Below the pieces are notes generated by a model. That model saw nothing but the letters and a program-made list of their open reading frames with translations, searched no databases and was not told where the DNA came from. DNA of 64,000 nt from Pristiophorus japonicus (Eukaryota): contig NW_027251843.1 in the NCBI RefSeq assembly GCF_044704955.1, positions 124,001 to 188,000 on the forward strand, given 5' to 3'. Both the position numbers and the translations under genes were made by a program. This document shows, in pieces, positions 1 through 12,398 of this stretch. How positions within the stretch are numbered: the first letter of the stretch is position 1; each line of letters starts with the position of its first letter.

Positions 1-748
1 GTACTACAGCACTTTGCAATTTTTCTCTATTCGAATAAAACTTGCTCTTTGATTTTTTTCTGCCAATGTGCATAACCTCACACTTTCCAACATGATACTG
101 AATCTGCCAAATTTTTGCCAGCTCACTTTGCCTGTCTATGCCTTTTTGCAGGTTTTTTGTGTCTTCCTCACACATTGCTTTTACTCCCATCTTTGTATCA
201 TCAGCAAACATGGCTACGTTACACTCGGTCCCTTCATCCAAATCATTAATATAGATTGCAAATAGTTGGGGTCCCAACACTGATCCCTGCAGCACCCCAC
301 TTGTTATGGATTGCCAACCCGAGAATGAACCATTTATCGTGACTCTCTGTTTTCTGTTCATTGGCCAATCCTCTATCCATTCTAATATACTACCCCAAAC
401 CCCGTGAACTTTTATCTTGTGCAGTAACCTTTTATGTGGCACCTTGTCAAATGCCTGCTGGAAGTCTTTATCCACCCTATTCGTTACATCCTCAAAGAAC
501 TCCAGAAAATTTGTCAAACATGACTTCCCCTTCGTAAATCCATGCTGACTCTGCCTGACCGAATTTTGCTTATCCAAATGTCCTGCTACTGCTTCTTTAA
601 TAATGGATTCCAACATTTTCCCAACCACAGTTATGTTAGGCTAACTGGTCTATAATTTCCTGCTTTTTGTCTGCCTCCTTTTTTAAATAGGGGCGTTACA
701 TTTGCAGATTTCCAAACTGCTGGAACCTCCCAAGAATCCAGGGAATTC
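1..748 (-). mobile_element. CR1-type LINE ORF2 (RT region) fragment
   Basis: Minus strand reads as decayed CR1 RT (VPQGSVLGP-like, FADD-like segments). Closely similar to 16605-17260. Boundaries approximate. Confidence 0.8.
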
Positions 749-3480
749 TCAGTGTCCTGTCATGTAATGTGTATTCATTTGCGTTGTTAGACTTCCCCAA
801 ATGCATTACCTCACAGTTCTCGGGATTGAATTCCTTTTGCCACAGTTCTGCCCACCTGACCAGTCCATTGATATCTTCCTGCTGTCTACAGCTTTCTTCC
901 TCACTATCAATCGCACAGCCAATTTTTGTATCATCAGAAAATTCTTAATCATGTCCCCTACATTGAATTCTAAATCATTGGTGTATATTACAATGCGCAA
1001 GGGACTTAGTACTGAGCCCTGCGGAACAATACTCGAAACAGCCTTCCAGTCACAAAAACACTTGTTGACCATTACCCTTTGCTTCCTGCCACTGAGCCAT
1101 TTTTGGATTCAACTTGCCACTTGCCCTTGGATCCCATGGGCTTTTTACTTTTCTGCCATGTGAGACCTTGCCAAAAGCCTTGCAAAGATCCATGTAGACT
1201 ATATCAAAAATGCAACACTCATCGACCCTCCTTGTTATCTCCGCAAAAAATTCAATCACGTTAGTCAGGCACAACATTCCCTTAACAAATCCATGCTTAC
1301 TGTCCTTGATTAATCCGTCCCTTTCTATATGACAATTTATCCTCTCCCTCGGAATTGTTTCCAATAATTTTCCCACCACCGAGGTTAAGCTGACTGGCCT
1401 GTTATTACTCGGCCTATCTCTTTCCCCCTTTTTAAACAAAGGTACCATGTTAGCAGTCCTCCAGTCCTCCGACACCTCACCTGGAAACAGGGTAGATTGA
1501 AAAATTATGGTCAGAGCCTCTGCTATTTCCTCCCTTGCTTCACTTAACAACATTGAATAGATTATATGCTAAACCCCTTAATACTTCTTCACTCACTATG
1601 TTTATCTCATCAAATATTTCACACTTGTCTTCCTTAATTACAATGTCTGCATCGTCCCTCTCTTCTGTGAAGGTAGATACAAAGTATTCATTTATAACTA
1701 TTCCCACATTTCTGCCTCCACACGCAGGTTACCTTTTTGGTCTCCAATAGGCCACACTCTTTCTTTAGTTATCCTCTTGCTTTTCATGTATTTATTAAAC
1801 ATCTTTGAGTTTTTCCTGACTATACTTGCCAATATTTTTTCATACCCTCTCTTTGCATTCCTAATTTCCTTTTTAATTTCACCCCTGCACTTTCTATACA
1901 CCTCTGGGCTTTCTGCAGTATTTAGCTCTGGGTATCTGACATAAGCTTCCCTTTTTTGCCTTAACCTACCCTGTATGCCCTTCGACATCCAGGGGCTCTA
2001 GATTTGGGAGTGCCACCCTTTTCCTTTGTGGGAACATACTTGCTCTGAACCCTCACTATCTCCCCCTTGAATGCCTCCCACTGCTCTGACACTGATTTAC
2101 CTTCAACATAAGAACATAAGAAATAGGAACAGGAGTAGGCCATATGGCCCCTCGAGCCTGCTCCGCCATTCAATAAAATTATGGCTGATCTGATCATGGA
2201 CTCAGCTCCACTTCCCCGCTCCCAATAACTCCTTATCCTCTTATCATTTAAGAAACTGTCAATCTCTGTCGTAAATTTATTCAATGTCCCAGCTTCCACA
2301 GCTCTCTGAGGCAGCAAATTCCATAGGTGTACAATCCTCTGAGAGAAGAAATTTCTCCTCATCTCAGTTGTAAATGGGAGGCCCCTTCTTCTAAGATCAT
2401 GCTCTCTTGTTCTAGTCTCCCCCATTAGTGGAAACATCCTCTCTGCATCCACCTTGTCAAGCCCCCTCATAATCTTATATGTTTCCATAAGTTCACCTGT
2501 CATTCTTCTGCATTCCATTGAGTAGAGGCCCAACCTACTCAACCTTTCCTCTAAAGTCAACCACCTCATTTCCAGAATCAACCGAGTGAATCTCCTGTGA
2601 ATTGCTTCCAAAGCAAGTATATCCTTTCGTAAATATGGAAACGAAAACTGCACGCAATATTCCAGGTGTGGCCTCATCAATACCCTGTATAGCTGTAGCA
2701 AGACTTCCCTGCTTTTATACTCCATCCCCTTTGCAATAAAGGCGAAGATTCCATTGGCCTTCCTGATCACTTGCTGTACCTGCATACTATCCTATTGTGT
2801 TTCATGCACAAGTACCCCCAGGTCCCACTGTACTGCAACCGATCCAATCTTTCCTCATAACTAGATTTGGGAGTGCCACCCTTTTCCTTTGTGGGAACAT
2901 ACTTGCTCTGAACCCTTACTATCTCCCCCTTGAATGCCTCCCACAGCTCTGACACTGATTTACCTTCAAGTAGCTGTTTCCAGCCCACTTTTGCTAAATC
3001 ACCTCTCAGCTTAGTAAAATGGGCCTTACCACAATTGAGAACCTTTATTCCTGCTCCATCTTTGTCCTTTTCCATAACTACGCTAAATCTAACTGAATTA
3101 TGATCACTAGCACCAAAATATCTTTCCCACCTGCCCAGCTTCATTCCCTAAAACTGAGCCCAGAACCGCCCTCTCCCTTGTTGGGCTTGCTACGTACTGG
3201 CTATAAAAGTTCTCCTGAATGCATTTGAAGAATTCTGGGACCTCTATACCTTTGACACTGATTCCATCCCAGTTAATGTGAGGGGAGTTGAAATCCCCGA
3301 CTATTGTTGGCCGATTGTTTTTGACCTTCTCAGCAATTTGCCGACATATTTACTCTTCGATCTCCCTCTGACTGTTTAGGGATCTATATTACACACCCAG
3401 CAATGTGATTGCCCCTTTTATGTTAATCAGTTTAACCCACATGGCCTCATTTGATGATCCTTCTAACATATCATCCCTCT
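749..3480 (-). mobile_element. CR1 LINE ORF2 fragment (endonuclease to RT), interrupted by a nested CR1 piece
   Basis: ORF fragments 806-1072, 1050-1553, 1698-1988 and 2767-3144 carry CR1 ORF2 motifs (DWRTANMVPLFKKG, RPVSLTSVVGKLLE, SDHNSVRF, VPQGSVL). Confidence 0.9.
2107..2860 (-). mobile_element. 5'-truncated CR1 3' end nested in another CR1, flanked by a 109-bp duplication
   Basis: CR1 C-terminal protein (RPHLEYCVQF, LWNLLP) and short-repeat tail at 2107. Flanks 1998-2106 and 2861-2969 are the same 109 bp with 2 mismatches. Confidence 0.85.
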
Positions 3481-3670
3481 GTCAGAGGTCCTGTCTTTCA
3501 GATGAGACGTTAAACCGAAGTCCCGTCTGCTCTCTCAGGTGGACATGATAGATCTCATAATCACTACTGGAAGGGCAAGGGGATTCTTCCCAGTGTCCTG
3601 GTCAAAATTTATCCCGCAACCAACATAGTTAAAACCGATGATCTGGTCAGGATCTCATTGCAGTCTGGGA
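3481..3670 (+). mobile_element. DeuSINE-type (SacSINE1-like) SINE fragment
   Basis: Contains the Deu-domain-like core CAGATGAGACGTTAAACCGA...CTCTCAGGTGGAC, also seen at 14346-14765 and 30195-30800. Confidence 0.7.
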
Positions 3671-3674
3671 ACTT

Positions 3675-4155
3675 CATAGAATCAGAGAAATTTACAACAT
3701 GTAAGGAGGCCATTCGGCCCATCGTGTCCGCACCGGCCGACAAAGATCTATCCAGCCTAATCCCACTTTCCAGCTCTTGGTCCGTAGCCCTATAGGTTAC
3801 AGCACTTCAAGTGCACATCTAAGTACTTTTCAAATGTGGTGATGGTTTCTGCCTCTACCACATTTTCAGGCAGTGAGTTCCAGACCCCCACCACCCTCTG
3901 GTTGAAGACATTTCCCCTCAAATCCCCTCTAAACCTCCTACCAATTACTTTAAATCTATGTCCTGGTTGTTGACCTGTCTGCTCAGGAAAACTAGGTCCC
4001 TCCTATCCATGCTATCTCGGCCCCTCATAATTTTATACACCTCAATAAGGTCTCCCCTCAGCCTCCTTTATTCCAAAGAAGACAACCCCAGCCTATCCAA
4101 TCTTTCCTTATGGCTAAAATTTTCCAGTCCAGGCAACATCCTCGTAAATCTTCCT
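3675..4155 (-). mobile_element. CR1 3' end fragment
   Basis: Reverse complement encodes CR1 ORF2 C-terminus (RLRGDLIEVYKIMRG, WNSLP) plus 3' UTR and tail. Confidence 0.8.
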
Positions 4156-4355
4156 GTGTGCAATTGGTTGTAAAGCACTTTGGGATGTCCTGAGTTTGTG
4201 AAAGGTGCTATATAAATTCAAGGCTTTCTTTCATTGAAGTGGGAGGGCCCTGATCCTGACCCTCGCCCATTGTCCATGCACTCTGACCTTCCAGGAGGTC
4301 TCGGGATCATTTGGGAGTAGTGACCCTGCCTGGCCCCGGTACACTGAGGCTAATT

Positions 4356-5889
4356 TGTAGAATTTACCAATATCTCGCAAAGATTCCAGATACCTTTCCC
4401 CTACAGAGGAGAAGAATCCCGTTCTGGGCTTTTAAAATGAGTTTAAAGGGGCAGACGAAGCCTGCGGGGGATAAAAGGGGATTCATTCATGGAGACCCCC
4501 CCCCGCAGTGTTTGGACTCATAGGAAAGGGAATTCAAAATGCACCAAAATTACAGAAGCTTGAGATCCCCTAAACATCTATGGGAAGGAGCATATCGATT
4601 TTAAGATTCTACAACATTTTGGCTGCGAAAAAGAGTTACCAAATACAGGAGGTGGAGCCAACGTCTGAAGCAAATTCGTGTAATAAGGATCCCAGACTGT
4701 CTGGGGGAACTATTCACCCCCTAAGAGATAATCGAATTACCCAATCAAGTAAAATGGAAATCATGGTCAGAAAAACTGGACAATCCTAAAACAATGCAAA
4801 ACCAATGAGAGCACATTCTCACACCCTAATCAAGTTACTGCTGACAAAGGAGACATTTGAAAATCAATGGACAGAACAGCTTAAACAGAGCCCAAGAGAT
4901 TTGATGGGAGATAATGGAGCCTTTTTTTGGGATATATCTATACCCCAGTTTTACAAGGAAAGCTAGCAGAATACAGGACTAGCAGAACACAGACTCGAAC
5001 AGGACATAGACTCGAAAGGAACACAGACACGAACAGAACACAGACAGACACAAGCAGCCGGAGTGAAGAAATGGAGTCGTGAAGCAACCTACAAGAAATC
5101 ATCAAGGACCGACCGAGCACGAGGCCCATGAAATGGAAGGTTGTCAGCAACCAAATTGACAAACCCGGGCTACCACAACCAGCGAAACGACCAACCAAAA
5201 CCAACTCAGCAAAAACCGAAGAATCAACATTTATCTCCACTCTACAATCTACTTCTGAACAGCCAACGGGTGAGAAATTACCAAAAGGGACTAACTAAAA
5301 CCAAAGAAAGTGGGTACTTATCCCATACATCCGAAACGCAAATTACCGCATCAACGGACGCACCCCAACTGAAGACTACGCAGTCCGAAGTCCTCTCCTC
5401 CGTCCGGGGTATGGCTCGCCTAGAAGGCCAAGTGCAGCAAACCCCGAAACCGTGATTCACCGACAACTGTCTAAAGGGATTGGTGAGCATAGCCCCTGAA
5501 CCCTCAGAGCTATAACTTAGTTAGTTAGGGGAATTGGGAGGGGGGAGGCTGGGATAACTTGTGTAAATGTATCTGCATTCTCCTCTTTACCACATTTAGA
5601 GTTTAAGCTGTATTCTTTTCCCCACAGGCTGTAATTTGACATTTTATTCAATGTGTTGTACCCTTCAGTGTGTATTGATCTGTGTGTGTGTTATTAAAGG
5701 TGTGCCTTTTACTTCTTTTTAAACACAATAAAGCCATACCTGCTTCCTACCTTGAAACCGATTGTCTGTCCAAGTCTGTCACAGTCCCTTCATAATTCCA
5801 GTGTCTAGAACCAAGGGTGTAGGAGCGATTCAGAACCACTCATATAAGGTCAGAAGGGAAAGCTGACCCTCTGCAAACCACCCCTTACA
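4356..5889 (+). repeat. 5' LTR (1534 bp) of copy 1
   Basis: TG...CA termini. Direct repeat of 12407-13992, 56710-58255 and 61923-63355. AATAAA at 5727-5732. Confidence 0.95.
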
Positions 5890-5890
5890 C

Positions 5891-7723
5891 ATGGCAACCC
5901 AGATAGGACACTGGTACAAGGGACGTGATAAGAGAGAGACTGGTTTCAGGAAACAAAGCAAAATGGAAGAGGAGATTTCCTCATATGTGTTTAAGAGGGT
6001 AAATGTGGCTAAGGAGTGGGTAATCGATCTATTGTATGCTGAGCATCCAGAAGATGCTGCAGCTCAATGGACCGATAACAAGGACCATAAAAGGACGATA
6101 GAGAAGGCCATTTGGCTAATTTGCCTTCAGCAACAGACCCGGCTTCGAGATGAGGAGAATGAGAAATTAAAGGGAGTATTGAGACAGGCAGAAGAGAGGT
6201 CCAGCGCAAGGGCCACAGTCGGGGAAAGGTTGTGGACAGAGGTGGGACAGTTAAAGGAAAGTAGAGAGCTCACTAAAGAAAGGCACAAAACCCAACTGGA
6301 CCTTTTACGGTGTCAGATTATTGAAGCCAAGAATAGCAAACGGGCGTTGCGGGAAGAGAATTCCTGCCTCGCCAAGCAAGTTAAAGAGTATGGGGAGAGG
6401 GTGAGACACATTCAGGTAGCCTATAAGGTAGCCAGTACCAGGGAATTTGAGCCAGGAGACCACGGCCGCTGCCAGCAGCAGATCCAAAGCTTGAACCTTG
6501 CTCTATCCTGGGCTAAAGGCATGGTGTGCCTGATAAACCCGGGTTTAGCCCAGGAACACCTGGTTGGGCAAGGAGAAACCCCTCAGTCACCACCTGTAGC
6601 TCCCAGGAATGGCCCCGGGCAGCAGGGGTGTCAGCCAGAGTGCGGGGCAGGCAAGGATTACGAACTACTAACACCGGCAGCCCCGAGTTTTAATTCGGCT
6701 TGGCAGCAGGGGGAAGAGGGCAAGCCAATACAAGAAGGGCCGAAACCAGGGCCAATGGACCCGGTCCGGCAGCAGAAGTTTGGCCCGCCTGATGCCAATG
6801 GGGCAGCAGGACCCCTAGAATGCAACTTCGTAGTCCCCCACGACACCCAAAAACTGAGGGCTATGATAGGCCACCTAAGTAAGCTCACCCAACAGGGGGA
6901 TCCCTCGGTACACTTCCTGGAAGTGGAACACACAGGGGATATTAACGGGTGCGATGATTCGGAGCAGGCTAAGCTGTTGCTCTTCTCACTAGACACCAAG
7001 CTGTGCCATTCCCTCTCTGCAGACAGCAGAAAGGGGCGAAACACGTACGCTACAGTTAAGGAGGAGGTTCCAGAGGCCATGGGTATGAACGACGGGAGTC
7101 CTTTCTCCCGAGTGGAGAAAACAGTGCAGCTCTATGGGGAGACTCCACAGGCTTTCGCCGACAGGTTGTGGCCGGTCTACGAAAGGGCCTGTAGTGGGGT
7201 TCTTGACCGGGCCCACCTGAACCCTAACGAGCTGGCTCACTGGCTCCGCAGCCTGGTGGCAAACAGCTTACCTGGAGTAAAGGCAAAAGTCGAGGTCTGG
7301 TTCGATCCAAGAGATCCCAGAACCACCGAGGAGACAGTGGTCAGACAGTTGACCCTGGCTTACCGGAACGGTAGAGGGACAGAGGAGCCCTCCTCTAAAG
7401 GGAGGGTCCATGAGATTAAACCCAGCTAAGGCAAGAGAGAGTGGCATCAGGAAAGTGGGAACCCTCCCCATAAAGGAGGCGAGTGTGTTGGGTGTGGGAA
7501 AAGTGGGCACTGGAGGAAGAACTGTAGGAACCCATGGAAAGGGACTAAGGGAAAGGCCACTTCAGCCCCAGCCCGTAAGGCCGGGGCAGGAACACCCGAC
7601 TCATATGAGACACTCGTAGCCGCCCTACAGACACTCATAAACGGACAGGGAGCAGTAGCTATCGCAACTGGTGCAGTAGCCGGTACGGTAAAACCCTCTG
7701 CTCCAACCCACCCAGATGCATGA
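5891..7723 (+). pseudogene. gag: gag (coiled-coil N-terminus, capsid-like region, CCHC zinc knuckle, PSAP)
   Basis: 512-aa ORF ends at a premature TAA (7427-7429; CAA in copy 2). The same frame continues through C-V-G-C-GKSG-H-WRKN-C (7484-7525) and KPSAPT to TGA at 7721-7723. Confidence 0.9.
5892..5909 (+). promoter_or_regulatory. Primer-binding site, tRNA-Arg(CCG)-like
   Basis: TGGCAACCCAGATAGGAC lies 2 nt after the LTR. Copy 2 has TGGCGACCCAGATAGGAC (53847-53864), a 17/18 match to the complement of vertebrate tRNA-Arg(CCG) 3' end as I recall it (TGGCGACCCAGATGGGAC). Confidence 0.8.
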
Positions 7724-10700
7724 CTAGAGCCAGCTCAGCCTGTGTACCTGTGTTCCCGAGAGTATGATTCCTGGAAGAGACCTTGCGTTACGATGGAGGT
7801 GGAGAAAGTGAAAGGGACCTACCTGCTAGATACTGGTGCTTCCAGCACCCTTGTATATGCAGATAACCCAGCTACCTCACCTCTATCGAACGGGGTCCCG
7901 TACAGTCTAGTGGGGTTCACAGGCAATGAGCAAACTGGTTCGTTTTCCATCCTGCTCACCATTCAGTTAGGGACACTCAAAACCAAATGGAAGTGTGTCC
8001 TGATGGAATGGGAGCAGAAGGGAAAAGGGATCCTGGGGGCTGATTTTATCATTGCCCACCAGATCCTAGTGGATCTCAGGAACCACTGTCTATGGGGAGC
8101 CATAGTGACTGACAGGGAAGGTGAGGTGGCGGTGATCCCAGAAAAAGGGGCCAAGGGAACATTGTGTACCGTGAAGCCAAAGGACGGTTATGACTTGGAA
8201 TTACTGGTCAGTAACACCCCAGTGGAGTACCAGGCATATGTACGGGCACACCTTGCAGCATTCGCCACCCACAAACATGACTGTGGTAGGGTAACAGGGG
8301 CTGGAAGTTAGTATAGTAGGGGACCCCATGACCCGACCACAAAAGCAATATAACTTCCCCAGGGAGGCAGAGGCAGACCTGACAACGGCGCTGGGATCAC
8401 TGGTAGAGCAAGGGGTGTTAAGACCGATAGCCACCCGTGTGAACTCTCCACTGTGGCCGGTTAAGAAACCGAACAACTCATGGAGGGCCACCGTGGACTA
8501 TTGAATACTAAATAAGAATATCACTGCCTGTGCACCCACTGTAGCAGCCGTAGCGGATCTCATAGGGAGTATTCCAGCATCCGCGACCACTTTCACGGTG
8601 CTGGACATTTCAAATGGGTTCTGGTCCATTCCTTTAAAACCTTTAAGGGCCAACAATACACGTGGAACTGTCTTCCCCAAGGCTTCCACAACAGCCCCAG
8701 CATTTTTCACCAATGCATGGCGAACTGTTTAAAGGGCTTCAGCAGACCCCAGCAGTTGGTGCAGTATGTGGATGACCTGCTCCTGTTCACCGATCAGGGG
8801 GAGGAGCATGGCCCACTGCTGGCTGAGCTGCTGGAGCTGCTAAAAGAAGAAGGGTTTAAAGTAAACCCCAAGAAGGCACAGGTCGGCCAGAAGGAAGTCA
8901 AATTCCTGGGGCTGACTGTGCGTGCTGGGGAAAGGGCCATAGACAAGGCTAGAAGGGAGGCAGTACAGGAGTTACCAGCCCCCAACACAGTGACAGGGGT
9001 AAGATCCTTTCTAGGACTCACCGGGTACTACAGAGACTTCATTGAGGATTATGCAGCCACTGCAGCCCCTCTGCTCAGGCTCCTACACAAGGGTGTAGAG
9101 TGGGACTGGGATGAGGGTTGCGAGGCAGCATTTAATCAGCTCAAGAAGGACTTGCAGGTACGATAGATGTAGGAAAGGAGTTTTTCCTGGAGGTGGCAGC
9201 CAGCGGGGACAATTTGAGCTCAGTGCTGCTTCAAGAGCAGCACGGCCTTACTGGCCTTAGTGGTTTACTCCTCCAGTATCCCAACAGATGTGGAGAAGTG
9301 GTACTCCAACTGTGAGAGACATCTCCGAGCCACACATTGGGCAGTGAAAAGATCTTTCATCTTCACGGAAGGGTCTCCTCTAACACTCCTAACCCACCAC
9401 ACACCGACTCAGATGCTCCTAGATGGGAGGATTAAGGACAGGACGGTGAGCAGTGCCCGCATTGCTCGCTGGACCCTGCTCCTCTCCCAGATGGACCTCA
9501 GAGTAGAAGGCCCCCGTGATCAAGGCTCGCAGCCAACCTAATCTATCCTGGGAAAGCCCACAGGTGCTCCATAGAAGGGGTATGGGAGGTGAGCATTGGC
9601 CTTCAGGCTGGGTTACACCCTACAGGCCGGGACATCTACGTGGACGGGTCCAGCACGGTATCTGTTGGCGAATGACTCACTGGGTGCGGAGTCTATAACC
9701 CAAGGGCAGATATTGCCCTGGCAATCAAGCTGCCCAGCACCATGAGGGCCCAGCACGCTGAACTGTCCGCCGTAATGTACGTGGTGATCCACCCCGAGGA
9801 ATTCCCTACTCCGTACACGATTTGCTCGGACAGTATGTTCACCTGCAATTCATGTACGGAGTACCTGGCTCTCTGGTCCCGTCGCGGATACATGTCCGCT
9901 GATGGGAGACCCCTGGCAATCAAGCCCCTGCTGGAGAAAATCTTGGGGGAAGAAAGAAAGGTCTACATACATAAGGTGAAGGCCCATTCAAAAACTGAAC
10001 CCCTAGCAGAGGGAAACCAACAGGCTGACAAACTGGCCAAAGAAGGTGCCCGCACGGGAAAGTTCTGGGACCCCTATGACACCGGCCGCATAGCAGCGGT
10101 CAAGAATAAGAACAGGGCAGCGGTGAGTACAGGTATAGCTTTGGCCCCGGACTTAAAAACAGTTCAGGCACAGGACCCAGTCCTGAAAGCTGTCCTGAAT
10201 GCGCTAGCTAGAGGAGAGAGAGTAGAAGGTCCGTACGGCACAGCAGCCATTACCGTTAAGGAAGGCATGCTGTTTAAAGAGGGACAATGGGTCGTGCCAC
10301 AGCAGCACCAGAGGGAATTCCTAAAACTGGCCCATGAGGGTCCAGGAGCGGGACACCCCGGGCCTGAGACCACCTGGCAACGGGTGGAACAGGCAGGATG
10401 GTGGCCGGGACTCAAGGAGGATGTCCGCGAGTTCTGTGCGAACTGCCTGGTGTGTGCTACGAACAACCCTGACCCCCAGAAAAGGAAGGTGTCCCTAGGA
10501 CACGTCAGGAGGGTAGAGGGACCATGGCAGTCAATCCAAATTGACTACATCGGGCCCCTACTCACCGCCCAGGGAGGCTACTAATACTTCCGAGTCCTGA
10601 TGGACGTGTTCTCAAAATGGGTTGAAGCCTTCCCCTGCCGAACAGCCACCGCACGAGGGACAGCTAAGATTCTAGTGAGGGAAGTGTTCTCCCAGTGGGG

Positions 10701-11847
10701 ACTCCCACAGTATGTGGAGTCGGACCAGGGGAGCCATTTCACCGGGCAGGTAATGCAGGCAACCCTTAAGGTGCTCGGCATTGAGGGGAAATGGCACGTT
10801 GCCCACAATCCACAGTCATCCGGTATTGTGGAGCATTTAAACTGCACCATTAAAGAAAAGCTGCGGAAGGAAACGAGAGACTCACCCCAAAAGTGGGTGG
10901 AGGTCTTACCGTTGGTCCTAATGGGGATCCGAGCCCAGCCAGTCAAAGAGCATCGGATATTCCCCATACGAGCTCATGACTGGCCGGATCATGCGGAACC
11001 CCACCCATATCCGAACCCCGGTGCTCACAGAAGGTCAGCTCAGAGAGGTGAACCGGGACCGGTTTGTCAGGAACCTGTTTGAACACCTCAAACAGATTCA
11101 CTGGCAGGCTGCTAGTAACATGGGCAGACAGCATCAGGGGAACCAATTGCTGCTAGAACCTAGCAAACACCACGAATGGGAGATAGGGGACCAGGTCATG
11201 GTGAGGAACTATGCTCAGGTCAGTGTTTTTGAAGCATTATATATGGGGCCATACAGCATTGTGGACAAGGCAAGCCCGATGGTCTGTGCCATAAAGCTGC
11301 CCCACCGTACTAAGTGGTTCCACATCAACCAGTGCAAGCTGTACAACCCAGGGTCAGCCAAGCACAGAGGGCAGCCGGGAGGGGTGAACCGTCCTCAGGA
11401 CAGGGACCCTCCGTTGGCCGCCCCCGACGGTGGAGGGCCACAGGGAATGTGGCAGGCTCAGAAACCGTGCCTATAGTGGCGGTGAATTGCAGTACTGGAG
11501 GGGCTATCCCACCCATCGTTTGGGATTCGGACGCACCCCCAGTAACCCAAGCCCTGAGAAGGACCCTCCGTACACCACGGCCAAAGATACTGTGGTCACT
11601 GGCATCTGAGCCTCAGCGATTCTACCCTAGGAGAAGGGCAGCCCGACAGGAAAGGCCGAAGGTCAGAAGTACAGAGGCCGCTCAGAGTAGGGACCACCAG
11701 CCAGCCGCCTCCAGCGGTGAGGGTCTCACAGGAGCAGTAGCAATGAGCTGTCCCAGAGACAAGGGTCTTCAGCTCACCAGCTGCGGGGAAACCCTAGCAT
11801 CCAGGCGGCTATCAGGCCGCACAAGGCATGGGCCTGACAGGGACTAA
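7724..11847 (+). pseudogene. pol: pro-pol: protease, RT, degenerate RNase H tether, RNase H, integrase with long C-terminal tail
   Basis: Motifs LLDTGAS; LDISNGFWSIPL; LPQGFHNSP; YVDD; IYVDGS...AQHAEL...SDS...KVKAHS...GNQQAD; HHCC; IDYIGP, SDQGSHF, SSGIVE; GPY. Several stops, frameshifts and small deletions. Confidence 0.92.
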
Positions 11848-12398
11848 CCAGGCCACCCGGAGACGGGTGGAGGTTGTACATAGCTCTAATTTTAGTTTAA
11901 GGCAGCTGACTGCACCATTTTACATTTTAAGGTTTCGTTTAGAATTGAGGTTAATGTTGCAGTAATGTTGAGGTGATTATTTTGAGTTTGTCTTGTGTGT
12001 CAGCCAGCCTGAGAGCAGTTCTCAAGGGCAGGATCCAGACATTACCGGGTAATGGACAAACCTCAGGAGACCAATTGATGTTGTTTAATTTTAATCTATG
12101 TTTTTTTCCCTTCTGTAATGTGGTTGTACGTTGCCTATATGCTGGTGAATATAATGTAACTGAAATGAAATGTAACTGTGCTGAAATACAATTGTAGTGA
12201 TTGAACCCCCTCCAAGCTGGGAGGGTATAAATGTAAAAAGTTTGTACCTGTAAAGGGAAAAGTGTGCATCTATGGTGATGTTACATAAGTGTAATGCATT
12301 TTGGGTATTAGTTTAGCTAATTTACGGAGAAGGTTATCTCTTGGGAGTCAGGAACTTTGCTCACCTCGAAGATGATACCATAAGTGATATGGTATCAC

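Noticed and set aside
5141-5455. ORFs inside the long LTR as a foamy-like accessory gene
   Set aside because: Non-ATG starts, and lengths and indels vary among the four LTRs.
11973-12197. 74-aa ORF between pol and the 3' LTR as env or accessory gene (also 61488-61712)
   Set aside because: Non-ATG start, too short and no env motifs. Its presence in both copies is explained by overall copy identity.
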